From Gemmatimonadota bacterium (GTDB lineage: Bacteria; Gemmatimonadota; Gemmatimonadetes; Gemmatimonadales; GWC2-71-9): a stretch of 64,000 nucleotides of DNA. Position numbers and translations under genes: made by a program. Positions 45,209 to 53,306 of this stretch are shown piece by piece. Positions within the stretch are counted from its first letter, which is position 1. Each line of letters begins with the position of its first letter. The notes under the pieces were generated by a model that searched no databases, was not told the DNA's origin, and saw nothing but the letters and a program-made list of their open reading frames with translations. The DNA lies in assembly GCA_041488455.1 (NCBI GenBank), contig JBGPPG010000004.1, positions 143-64,142 of the forward strand, in the 5' to 3' direction.

Positions 45209-47857
45209 ATGCCGAGGAGATTGTACAGGAGCTTCGTCAGTCCTTCGCGGGCGATGGCAGGCCGCGCCAGCTCGACAGAGCGGCCTGACGCCGCGCCTGA
45301 CGGACTGCGAGAGTTCTGGCGCACCCCGCTGCCCGAGCTCTTCGCGCTGCTCGGCTCGCGCCCGAGCGGGTTGACCGCGGAAGAGGCCGCAGCCCAACTC
45401 ACCCGGTACGGTCCCAACACGCTCCATGTCGCGCGGAAGCATACGTTCATGCGTCTGTTCGTGTCGCGCTTCCGCAGTCCGCTGGTCATCCTGCTCCTCG
45501 TCGCCAGCACGATCTCCGCGCTGACGGGCGACGTTGTCAGCTCGACGATTGTCATCTGCATGGCGCTGCTCAGCGTGGTCCTCGACGCGGTGCAGGAGTA
45601 CCGGGCCGGAGAAGCGGCCGAGCGGCTCAAGCAGTCGGTCGCCGTGCAAGTCGATGTCCTGCGAGGCGGAGCTGCCACCACCGTGCCGGCCGCCGGCGTC
45701 GTCCCCGGCGATGTGGTGCTGCTCTCGGCCGGCGACTTGGTGCCGGCCGACGGCCGGGCGCTCGAGACGTACGACTGCTTCGCCAATCAAGCGCTGCTCA
45801 CCGGCGAGCCGTATCCGGTCGAGAAGCACGCCGACACAGCAGCCCCGTCCGTACCTCTGAATGAAGCGGCGAACGTCCTGTTCATGGGCACCTCCGTCGT
45901 GAGCGGGTCCGCCCGAGTCCTCGTCTGCCGAAGCGGGAGCGAAACGGCGCTCGGCGAGATCAGCAAGAGCCTGAGCGTGGAGCCACCACCGACCGCGTTC
46001 GAACAAGGCGCCCGGAGCTTCGGACTCCTGGTGCTGCGGCTCGCCGTGCTAATGACGTTGTTCGTCATCTTCGTCAATACGGCGCAGCACCGTCCCTGGC
46101 TGGAGTCGTTCCTGTTCGCCGTGGCCCTCGCGGTCGGGCTCACCCCGGAGCTGCTCCCCATGATCGTGTCGGTGACGCTCTCCCGCGGAGCGCTGCGAAT
46201 GGCGGCCAAGAAGGTCATCGTGAAGCGCCTGGCCGCGATCCACGACCTCGGGAGCATGAACGTGCTTTGCACCGATAAGACCGGGACCCTGACCGAGTCC
46301 CGGATCCGTCTTGAGCAGCACCTCGATCCCCTGGGTCGCAGCACCACCCGGGCGCTGGAGCTGGCCTATCTCAACAGCTATTTCGAGACCGGGCTGAAGA
46401 GTCCCCTCGACGAGGCCATTCTCCGGCACGGAGAGATCGAGCCGCGGGGCTGGACCAAGATCGACGAGGTCCCCTTCGACTTCCAGCGGCGCCGCGTCTC
46501 CGTCCTGCTTGCGCGGCAGGATGGCACGCGAATACTGGTCATCAAGGGAGCCTTCGAGGACATTCTGCGCTGTGCCGCCAGCTACGAGGGCGCCGGCCCC
46601 GACGATCTCCGACCGCTCGACCCCGGAGCCCGCGACGCGATGATACGTCGCTTTGAGGCGTTGAGCCGGGAGGGCTATCGGGTGCTCGGCATCGCATGGA
46701 AGGCGATGCCGCCCGCTTGGGCTCAGGCAGCGGTCGGCGATGAAGCGGGGCTCGTCTTCGCCGGGTTCGCGGCCTTCGAGGACCCACCCAAGCCGAGCGC
46801 GGCCGCGGCGTTAAAGGCGCTGGCCGAGAGCGGCGTGGAGGTGAAGGTCGTCACCGGCGACACCGAGCTCGTGACGCGCCATGTCTGCGCGGAGGTCGGA
46901 CTTGCCGTGAAGGCCGTCATGACCGGTCCGGAGCTCGACGCTCTCCAGGATGAGGCGCTCGAGGCGCGCGCCGGCGACGTGACGTTGTTCTGCCGCGTTA
47001 CCCCAGCCCAGAAGAGTCGCGTGATCCGGGCGCTGCGCCGGCGCGGCCATGTCGTCGGCTTTCTCGGAGATGGCATCAATGACGCGCCCTCCCTCCACGC
47101 GGCCGACGTTGCCATCTCGGTCGACACCGGCGTGGACGTCGCAAAGGCCGCCGCGGATCTGATCCTGCTCGAGCACGACCTGTCCGTGGTCCACGACGGC
47201 GTCGCCGAAGGCCGGCGCACCTTCGGGAACATCATGAAGTACATCATGATGGCCATGAGCTCGAATTTCGGGAACATGTTCAGCATGGCCGGGGCCTCCC
47301 TCTTCCTGCCGTTCCTGCCGATGCGCCCGGTCCAGGTGCTTCTGAACAACTTCCTCTACGATGTCTCGGAGATTCCTATCCCAATGGACAGCGTGGACGA
47401 GGAGTTCATGCGCCGCCCCCGGCACTGGGACATGGCGTTCGTCCGCAAGTTCATGCTGGTCATCGGACCGGTCAGCTCGATCTTCGACTTCCTGACGTTC
47501 TACATCATGCTGCACGTGTTTCGGGCGGGCGAGCAGCTCTTCCAGACCGGGTGGTTCGTCGAATCGCTGGCTACCCAGGTCTTGGTGATCTTCGTCATTC
47601 GCACCCGGGGCAATCCGCTCCGGAGCCGGCCGAGCCGACTGCTCACGCTGACGTCGCTCGGCGTGGTGGCCGTCGGCGCCCTGCTTCCGATTACGTCGCT
47701 CGGTCGCACGCTCGGCTTTGTGCCGCCCCCGGCGGCTTTCTTCCTCATCCTGGCCGCGATGGTGGCCATGTACCTCGGTGCCGTCCAGGCGGTGAAAATC
47801 TGGTTCTACCGGCGCTTTGCGCCGGAAGTGGTCGGAAAAGGGGCATACCGCATTTGA
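45209..47857 (+). CDS. mgtA: Magnesium-translocating P-type ATPase
   Basis: [32 protein letters not shown] and an MgtA-type C-terminal membrane region (WFVESLATQVLVIFVIRT). Confidence 0.88.
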   Translation: MPRRLYRSFVSPSRAMAGRASSTERPDAAPDGLREFWRTPLPELFALLGSRPSGLTAEEAAAQLTRYGPNTLHVARKHTFMRLFVSRFRSPLVILLLVASTISALTGDVVSSTIVICMALLSVVLDAVQEYRAGEAAERLKQSVAVQVDVLRGGAATTVPAAGVVPGDVVLLSAGDLVPADGRALETYDCFANQALLTGEPYPVEKHADTAAPSVPLNEAANVLFMGTSVVSGSARVLVCRSGSETALGEISKSLSVEPPPTAFEQGARSFGLLVLRLAVLMTLFVIFVNTAQHRPWLESFLFAVALAVGLTPELLPMIVSVTLSRGALRMAAKKVIVKRLAAIHDLGSMNVLCTDKTGTLTESRIRLEQHLDPLGRSTTRALELAYLNSYFETGLKSPLDEAILRHGEIEPRGWTKIDEVPFDFQRRRVSVLLARQDGTRILVIKGAFEDILRCAASYEGAGPDDLRPLDPGARDAMIRRFEALSREGYRVLGIAWKAMPPAWAQAAVGDEAGLVFAGFAAFEDPPKPSAAAALKALAESGVEVKVVTGDTELVTRHVCAEVGLAVKAVMTGPELDALQDEALEARAGDVTLFCRVTPAQKSRVIRALRRRGHVVGFLGDGINDAPSLHAADVAISVDTGVDVAKAAADLILLEHDLSVVHDGVAEGRRTFGNIMKYIMMAMSSNFGNMFSMAGASLFLPFLPMRPVQVLLNNFLYDVSEIPIPMDSVDEEFMRRPRHWDMAFVRKFMLVIGPVSSIFDFLTFYIMLHVFRAGEQLFQTGWFVESLATQVLVIFVIRTRGNPLRSRPSRLLTLTSLGVVAVGALLPITSLGRTLGFVPPPAAFFLILAAMVAMYLGAVQAVKIWFYRRFAPEVVGKGAYRI

Positions 47858-47891
47858 TGGTAGCCACCATGAAGCCAGTCCGAATCCTTCC

Positions 47892-50579
47892 GTGAGCGCC
47901 CCCTGGCACGCGGTGCCGCTGAGCGAGGCGCTGGATCGCCTCGGCTCGAGGCCGGGCGGACTGGACGAGACCGAGGCCGCCGACCGGCTCGCCCGGCACG
48001 GCCCCAACCTGTTCCGCGCAGCCCCGCCAGTGTCGCCCTGGATGGTGCTCGCCGCGCAGCTGCGGAGCATGATCGTGCTCCTGCTCGCGGCGGCTGCGGT
48101 GGTTGCGCTGCTTTCCGGTGACGCGCTCGATGCCGGGGCTATCGGGGCGGTGCTGGTCCTCAACGTCGCCATCGGATTCGTCACCGAGCTGCGCGCGCAT
48201 CGGGCCATGGAATCGCTGCTCGCGCTGGAGGTGACCCGTGCGCACGTGGTGCGCCAGGGAACGACGCGCGCGATCGACGCCCCCGGCCTGGTTCCCGGCG
48301 ACGTCATCGAGCTCGAGGCCGGCCAGATGGTACCGGCGGACGCTCGGCTCCTCGAGGCTGCCGAGCTCCGCGCGGTGGAGGCCTCGCTCACCGGCGAGCC
48401 GGTCCCGGTCGACAAGACCGCCGATGTCCGCCTGGCCGCGGAGGTCCCTCTCCCCGACCGTATCACGATGGTTTACAAGGCGACGATGATTGCGGGTGGG
48501 CGCGGGCGCGCGGTGGTAGTGGCGACCGGGATGGACACCGAGGTCGGACGCATCGGTCTCCTGGCCCGCGCCATCGCACCCGAGCCGACGCCCCTCGAGC
48601 GCCGGCTCGGCGAGCTCGGTCGCGGTCTCGCGGGCGTGGCGCTGGTCGTCGCGGCGCTGGTGGCGGGCCTGGAGGCCCTGCATGGCGTCCCACTCGCCGG
48701 GATTGTGCAGACCGCGCTCGCGCTCGCGGTGGCGGCGGTGCCGGAGGGACTCCCCGTGGTCGGGACCATTGCGATGGCGGTCGGCATGCGTCGGATGGCC
48801 CGTCGCCGGGCGCTCGTGCGGCGACTGTCGGCTGTGGAGGCGCTGGGCTCCGCCACCGTGATTTGCACCGACAAGACCGGCACGCTCACAGCCGGCGAGA
48901 TGACGGTGACCGTCATACGGCTCCTCGAACGGGAGGTTTCGCTGAGTGGTGCGGGGTACGCGCCCGAGGGCGAGTTCCTCGAGAACGGGCGACCAGTCGA
49001 GTCCCTACAGGACGCGGCCCTGCAACTCGCCCTGCAGATCGGCGCACTGGCAAACCGAAGCGACGTCGTCCTGCGGGAAGGGGCATGGCGAGTCAGGGGC
49101 GATCCCACCGAGGCGGCGTTGGTCGTCGCGGCGCGGAAAGCGGGACTGGAGCCCGCCCGCCTGCGCGAGGGGTGGCCCGAAGCAGGGGAGGTTCCCTTCT
49201 CCAGTGGGCGCATGCTGATGGCCACGTTTCACCGGACGCCGACCCTGACGGCCTGCGTGAAAGGCGCGCCCAGACGAGTTCTGGAGCTGAGCGACCGGGT
49301 CCTCGCGGCGGAGGGGCCGAGAGCGCTCGTTGAAGGAGAGAGAGAGGAGCTCCTTCGGCTCAACGGCGAGCTCGCTGGGCGGGGGCTCCGCGTTCTCGCG
49401 CTCGCCATGAAGCGCGTGGACGCCGTCAGTGAAGCGGAGCTCTGCGGCCTCACGTGGGTCGGCTTCGTCGGGATCAGCGACCCGCCGGCGCCGGGGGTCC
49501 TGGATACGATCCGCGCCTTCCGGGAGGCCGGGATCCGCACCGTCATGCTGACCGGGGACCAGAAGCTCACGGCCGAGAGCGTCGGACGTGAGCTGGGCCT
49601 GCTGGGCCCCCGCGACGGAGCGCTCGATGGCCGTGAGCTCGACCGGCTCTCGGATGACCAGCTCCACGAGGCGGTGGCTCTGACGGCCGCGTTCAGTCGC
49701 GTGAGCCCCGAGGCCAAGCTCCGGATCGTCAGCGCCTATCAGCAGCGGGGTGAGATCGTCGCGATGCTGGGCGACGGCGTGAACGATGCCGCAGCGCTCC
49801 GCAAGGCCGACATCGGCGTCGTGATGGGACTGCGTGGAACGGACCTGGCGAGGGAAGCGGCGCAACTCGTCTTACAGGACGACCGCTTCGCTACCATCGC
49901 GGTGGCGATCGAAGAGGGGCGGGTGATCTTCGACAACATCCGCAAGTTCGTGTTCTACCTCTTCAGCTGTAATCTCGCCGAGATCATGGTGTTGCTTGGA
50001 GCAGGGCTGGTCGGGGCTCCCGTGCCGCTGCTTCCGGTCCAGATCCTCTGGCTCAACCTCCTCACCGACACCTTTCCCGCCCTCGCCCTCGCGGTCGAGC
50101 CACCAGAGCCGGGGACCATGCGCCAGCCACCCCGTGATCCCCGGGCGGCCATCCTCTCGATGCCGATGCTGTGGGCGACGGTCGGATACGCCCTGCTCAT
50201 CGCCGGGGTATCGGTGGCGGCGTTCGCGTGGGGGCTCTCGGGCGGCAATGGACGGGCGAGAACTCTCACCTTCATGACTCTGGCCCTCGCGCAAGTCTTC
50301 CACCTCGGCAATGCGCGAAGCGACCTTCCGGTGACGGCGCCGGGCCGCGTTCTGAGCAACCGCTTCGCGGTGGGCGCGGTCGTGTTGACGGTCGGGCTCC
50401 AGCTTCTCGCGGTCTTCCTGCCGCCGCTGGCACGCGTGCTCCGCATCGAGCCGCTCGGGGCCCGGGACTGGGCGGTGGTCACGGCTCTCAGCTTGCTCCC
50501 CGCAGTCGCGGGGCAGAGCTTGAAATGGGCGCGGGCACGGGGATTGTGGGGCCGGTCTCCCTCCGAGCCCGGTTTCTAA
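47892..50579 (+). CDS. Cation-transporting P-type ATPase, type IIA (Ca2+-ATPase-like)
   Basis: [51 protein letters not shown] 47892 was chosen to avoid overlap with mgtA. Confidence 0.88.
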   Translation: MSAPWHAVPLSEALDRLGSRPGGLDETEAADRLARHGPNLFRAAPPVSPWMVLAAQLRSMIVLLLAAAAVVALLSGDALDAGAIGAVLVLNVAIGFVTELRAHRAMESLLALEVTRAHVVRQGTTRAIDAPGLVPGDVIELEAGQMVPADARLLEAAELRAVEASLTGEPVPVDKTADVRLAAEVPLPDRITMVYKATMIAGGRGRAVVVATGMDTEVGRIGLLARAIAPEPTPLERRLGELGRGLAGVALVVAALVAGLEALHGVPLAGIVQTALALAVAAVPEGLPVVGTIAMAVGMRRMARRRALVRRLSAVEALGSATVICTDKTGTLTAGEMTVTVIRLLEREVSLSGAGYAPEGEFLENGRPVESLQDAALQLALQIGALANRSDVVLREGAWRVRGDPTEAALVVAARKAGLEPARLREGWPEAGEVPFSSGRMLMATFHRTPTLTACVKGAPRRVLELSDRVLAAEGPRALVEGEREELLRLNGELAGRGLRVLALAMKRVDAVSEAELCGLTWVGFVGISDPPAPGVLDTIRAFREAGIRTVMLTGDQKLTAESVGRELGLLGPRDGALDGRELDRLSDDQLHEAVALTAAFSRVSPEAKLRIVSAYQQRGEIVAMLGDGVNDAAALRKADIGVVMGLRGTDLAREAAQLVLQDDRFATIAVAIEEGRVIFDNIRKFVFYLFSCNLAEIMVLLGAGLVGAPVPLLPVQILWLNLLTDTFPALALAVEPPEPGTMRQPPRDPRAAILSMPMLWATVGYALLIAGVSVAAFAWGLSGGNGRARTLTFMTLALAQVFHLGNARSDLPVTAPGRVLSNRFAVGAVVLTVGLQLLAVFLPPLARVLRIEPLGARDWAVVTALSLLPAVAGQSLKWARARGLWGRSPSEPGF

Positions 50580-50615
50580 TGTCCTCACACCGGCCTCAGG
50601 CGGGAGAGCCCCGCT

Positions 50616-51209
50616 TCACGTGGGGCCCGCAGCGCCCGGCGCCCCGGCTCCCGATGCCGGTCCGGGTACCGCGAGCGTCTCCGCCAGCTCCCTGGCGAAC
50701 CGGTCGACGGCCTCCCAGTCGGTGAAGTCGTAGTCCCGGGACGCGTCGGTGGGCCGCCCCGTTCGGCGGCTGATCATCCTCATCATCCAGCGGACGAAAG
50801 GACCGTACCGCGTGTACGGCAAGGCCCCGGCGAAGGATCGCGTCGCCCAGGGCCGCCACCCGGTCTCACGGAGGAACTTGTCGACGTATCCCTGCGGTGG
50901 GCCTGCCCCCTCCGGTGCCGACCCCGCCGCAGCCCCGCACACGGAGACAAAGGCCGAAGGAGCCGCGTTGAGTCGGGCGACATGGCTGCGGACGAATGAG
51001 CGGATGTAACGCTGGTGCCGGCCAAAGAGGACAGACGCCGCTACGAAAAAGGCGTTGTATTCACCCAATGACAAATCCGGCGGCAACAGATCGCCCCGCT
51101 GAACGGTCACGGTGTGACCGGCATCGGTCAGCACGAGCGCGATTCGTTGCGTGATTCGTGCCGTTTGGCCGTAGGCCGTGCCGTAGACGAGCAGAATGTT
51201 GGACATCAC
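50616..51209 (-). CDS. Flavodoxin-domain protein (HemG-like)
   Basis: ILLVYGTAYGQTARITQRIA flavodoxin N-terminus. Size and pattern resemble menaquinone-dependent protoporphyrinogen oxidase relatives. Confidence 0.75.
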   Translation of the reverse strand: MMSNILLVYGTAYGQTARITQRIALVLTDAGHTVTVQRGDLLPPDLSLGEYNAFFVAASVLFGRHQRYIRSFVRSHVARLNAAPSAFVSVCGAAAGSAPEGAGPPQGYVDKFLRETGWRPWATRSFAGALPYTRYGPFVRWMMRMISRRTGRPTDASRDYDFTDWEAVDRFARELAETLAVPGPASGAGAPGAAGPT

Positions 51210-51264
51210 AATCCCCTTCTCATGAGCGCGGCGGGCGGCGAGGAGCGCGCTGACCCGAGCGGAT

Positions 51265-52242
51265 CTAGTGGCCGGCGGCCAGGGCCGGCGATCGCTCGGC
51301 AGCCCCGACGGCGGCGAGCACCCGGCTCCACGCGCCCGGCGGCGGATTCCAGACCAGGAGCGGCACCTGGGCCCCGCGGGCCAGCTTGTCCGCTACGCTG
51401 CCGAGCAGCATTCGCTCGACACCGCCCAGCCCGTGGGTCGCGACGGCGATCAGATCGGACCGATGAGTCACCGCATGGGTAAGGATCGCATCGGCGACGG
51501 ACGGGTCGATGTGCACCTCGGTGTGAACCTGGAGACCCAGCGTGCGAAGGCGCACCGCCACGGCGTGCACGTACCGGTTTGCGGCCAGCAACTCCTGCTT
51601 CTCTTTGGCGGCTAGCGCAAACGGTGCCTCGACGGGGAGTAGGAGTCCGCGGAGCGGGGCCACGACCTGGACCAGTTCGAGCACGACCTCATCTCGGGGA
51701 AACACCGCGAGGACCTGGTCGATCACCGACTCGGCAAGCGGAGACCCGTCCAGCGGGACGAGGACGCGCCGCCGACGATCCGGCCGAAACCTCGTGACGA
51801 CGCTCCCGGCGTGCACCAGCAGGAGCGGGCAATGAAGCTGACGCATCAGTCGATCGGCGACGCTGCCCAGGAAGAGGCGACTCACCGTTCCGCGTCCATG
51901 GGTGCTCATGACGAAGAGGTGCGGCTCGCGAGACCTGGCATACGCGATCAGCATCGGTGCCGCCGGCCCCTCGAGTACCACGGGCGTAGCGGTCACGCCC
52001 GACTCGACCGAAACGCGGTCGGCGGTCTTGCGCAAGTAGGCCTCCTCGTCGGACCGGATCTGTTGATCGAGCGCCAGCACGGCATCCGCGCCCGGCTCGG
52101 CCCCAGGCACGATCGGGGGAAGGGAGTGTGCCAGCACCAGCTCCAGCGGCTCCCCGAGTCTCGTCGCGACCTCGACGGCGAGCGGAAGCGCTTCTTCCGC
52201 GAAGGTGGAGCCGTCGAGTGGGACGATGATTGGCTTGGCCAT
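51265..52242 (-). CDS. Tandem universal stress protein (USP)
   Basis: Two UspA halves (STHGRGTVSRLFLGSVAD and ATHGLGGVERMLLGSVAD). GGAGGA RBS. Confidence 0.9.
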   Translation of the reverse strand: MAKPIIVPLDGSTFAEEALPLAVEVATRLGEPLELVLAHSLPPIVPGAEPGADAVLALDQQIRSDEEAYLRKTADRVSVESGVTATPVVLEGPAAPMLIAYARSREPHLFVMSTHGRGTVSRLFLGSVADRLMRQLHCPLLLVHAGSVVTRFRPDRRRRVLVPLDGSPLAESVIDQVLAVFPRDEVVLELVQVVAPLRGLLLPVEAPFALAAKEKQELLAANRYVHAVAVRLRTLGLQVHTEVHIDPSVADAILTHAVTHRSDLIAVATHGLGGVERMLLGSVADKLARGAQVPLLVWNPPPGAWSRVLAAVGAAERSPALAAGH

Positions 52243-52286
52243 CCATGGTCCTCCGTGAGGGACACCACACCCTATTCCCTCGGCTG

Positions 52287-52313
52287 TGAAGCGAGGATGA
52301 AGCCCGGGCGAAG
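52287..52313 (-). promoter_or_regulatory. Phased CTTCA array (3 units) oriented toward the USP at 52242
   Basis: The plus strand reads TGAAG (52287), TGAAG (52298) and CGAAG (52309). The proximal unit lies 45 nt before the ATG. Confidence 0.5.
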
Positions 52314-52335
52314 CCGGCGTCATCCCGGGAACGAC

Positions 52336-52362
52336 CGTCACGGAGCCTTCACCGAGCCTTCA
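52336..52362 (+). promoter_or_regulatory. Phased CTTCA array (3 units) oriented toward ORF 52437
   Basis: CGTCA (52336), CTTCA (52347), CTTCA (52358), within GAGCCTTCAccGAGCCTTCA. Confidence 0.5.
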
Positions 52363-52436
52363 TGCTCGTTCTGTAGCATTGAGCGAGGGATATCCTCAAA
52401 CCCACGGTTCGGTCGGGAGTCGAAGCGAGGTACCTC

Positions 52437-52931
52437 GTGACATCGAGCAGTAAGCGCCCTCGGAGCTCGAGGCGCGACTCGGGCCCGACAATCGCGTCCA
52501 TCCTGGCCCCGATCCACGCTGATTGGATGAGGCGGACTCGCCGGGCGGTAGAGCCTGTGCTGTCGCCCGAGGCCAGCTTCTGGGACCGCTGGACGACGAT
52601 CCGGTACGTGGACGACCTATTCGACCACCACTACCGTCACGAAGTCGCCCTGGTCGGGAGCGTTGTCCCGCTTCTTCCGGCTTCGGTGGCGGCACGCCTC
52701 ACTACCCTGACCGAGACGCTCGACGAGGCGCTGGCGCGGCTCGATCAGCTGGGCCGCCGGAGGGGGATGGCCCGTGCCGTGTCGGTGATCGCCCGGGAGT
52801 TTCTGGATCTCCTTCAGCTCTGGTGCGCTGAGGTCGAGGAGGCCGTCGGGGAGTTGCGGAGGAAAGATCTTCCCGAGCCGAGCGAACGACTCCTTGTGGC
52901 TCTGGAGGCGGCGGCGACGGCCGAGTCGTGA
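52437..52931 (+). CDS. Hypothetical helical protein
   Basis: ORF downstream of a phased-repeat array. No family recognised. Confidence 0.45.
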   Translation: MTSSSKRPRSSRRDSGPTIASILAPIHADWMRRTRRAVEPVLSPEASFWDRWTTIRYVDDLFDHHYRHEVALVGSVVPLLPASVAARLTTLTETLDEALARLDQLGRRRGMARAVSVIAREFLDLLQLWCAEVEEAVGELRRKDLPEPSERLLVALEAAATAES

Positions 52932-53306
52932 GCGCGCCCTCGGGGCCGTACAGAGGCGGTGGCTACCGGAAGTACCGCGCAAGCCTGACGGCCTCCGGCG
53001 TGGTAAGCGCGACTCGCGGAGAGGCTCGGCCACAGACGACCATTCCGCGCGCTCATCGTCCGTAGAGCGCGCTCCTGCCAATGCATCCGCATCGACGACT
53101 TCGTCCGCTACTTCGATCTCCACGCCGATCGGCCGGTCCCGGCTGACACCGATCAGTCCCTCGGGCGCGCTGTAGGGCTTGGCAGGCAGCGCGTGCGGCA
53201 CGCGCTCGAGGTTAGCGGCCACTCTTGGCGCCCAATTCCTGCCTCACCACCATATAATGGAAGAACCCAGACCCCCTGACACACCTTTACGCAAGGGCGA
53301 AGGTTG

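Noticed and set aside
52617-53222. 201-aa minus-strand ORF at the island's left border (N-terminus MAANLERVPHALPAKPYSAPEGLIGVSRDRPIGVEIEV...).
   Set aside because: Only the first ~50 codons look protein-like. The rest is antisense to ORF 52437-52931 and Arg-rich. It may be a gene fragment, but I cannot support it.
52931-53300. A direct repeat of the tRNA-Arg 3' end (attR) at the left edge of the low-G+C island.
   Set aside because: Only a trivial 7-mer (CGGCCGG) is shared. No convincing repeat was found by eye, and an alignment search is needed.
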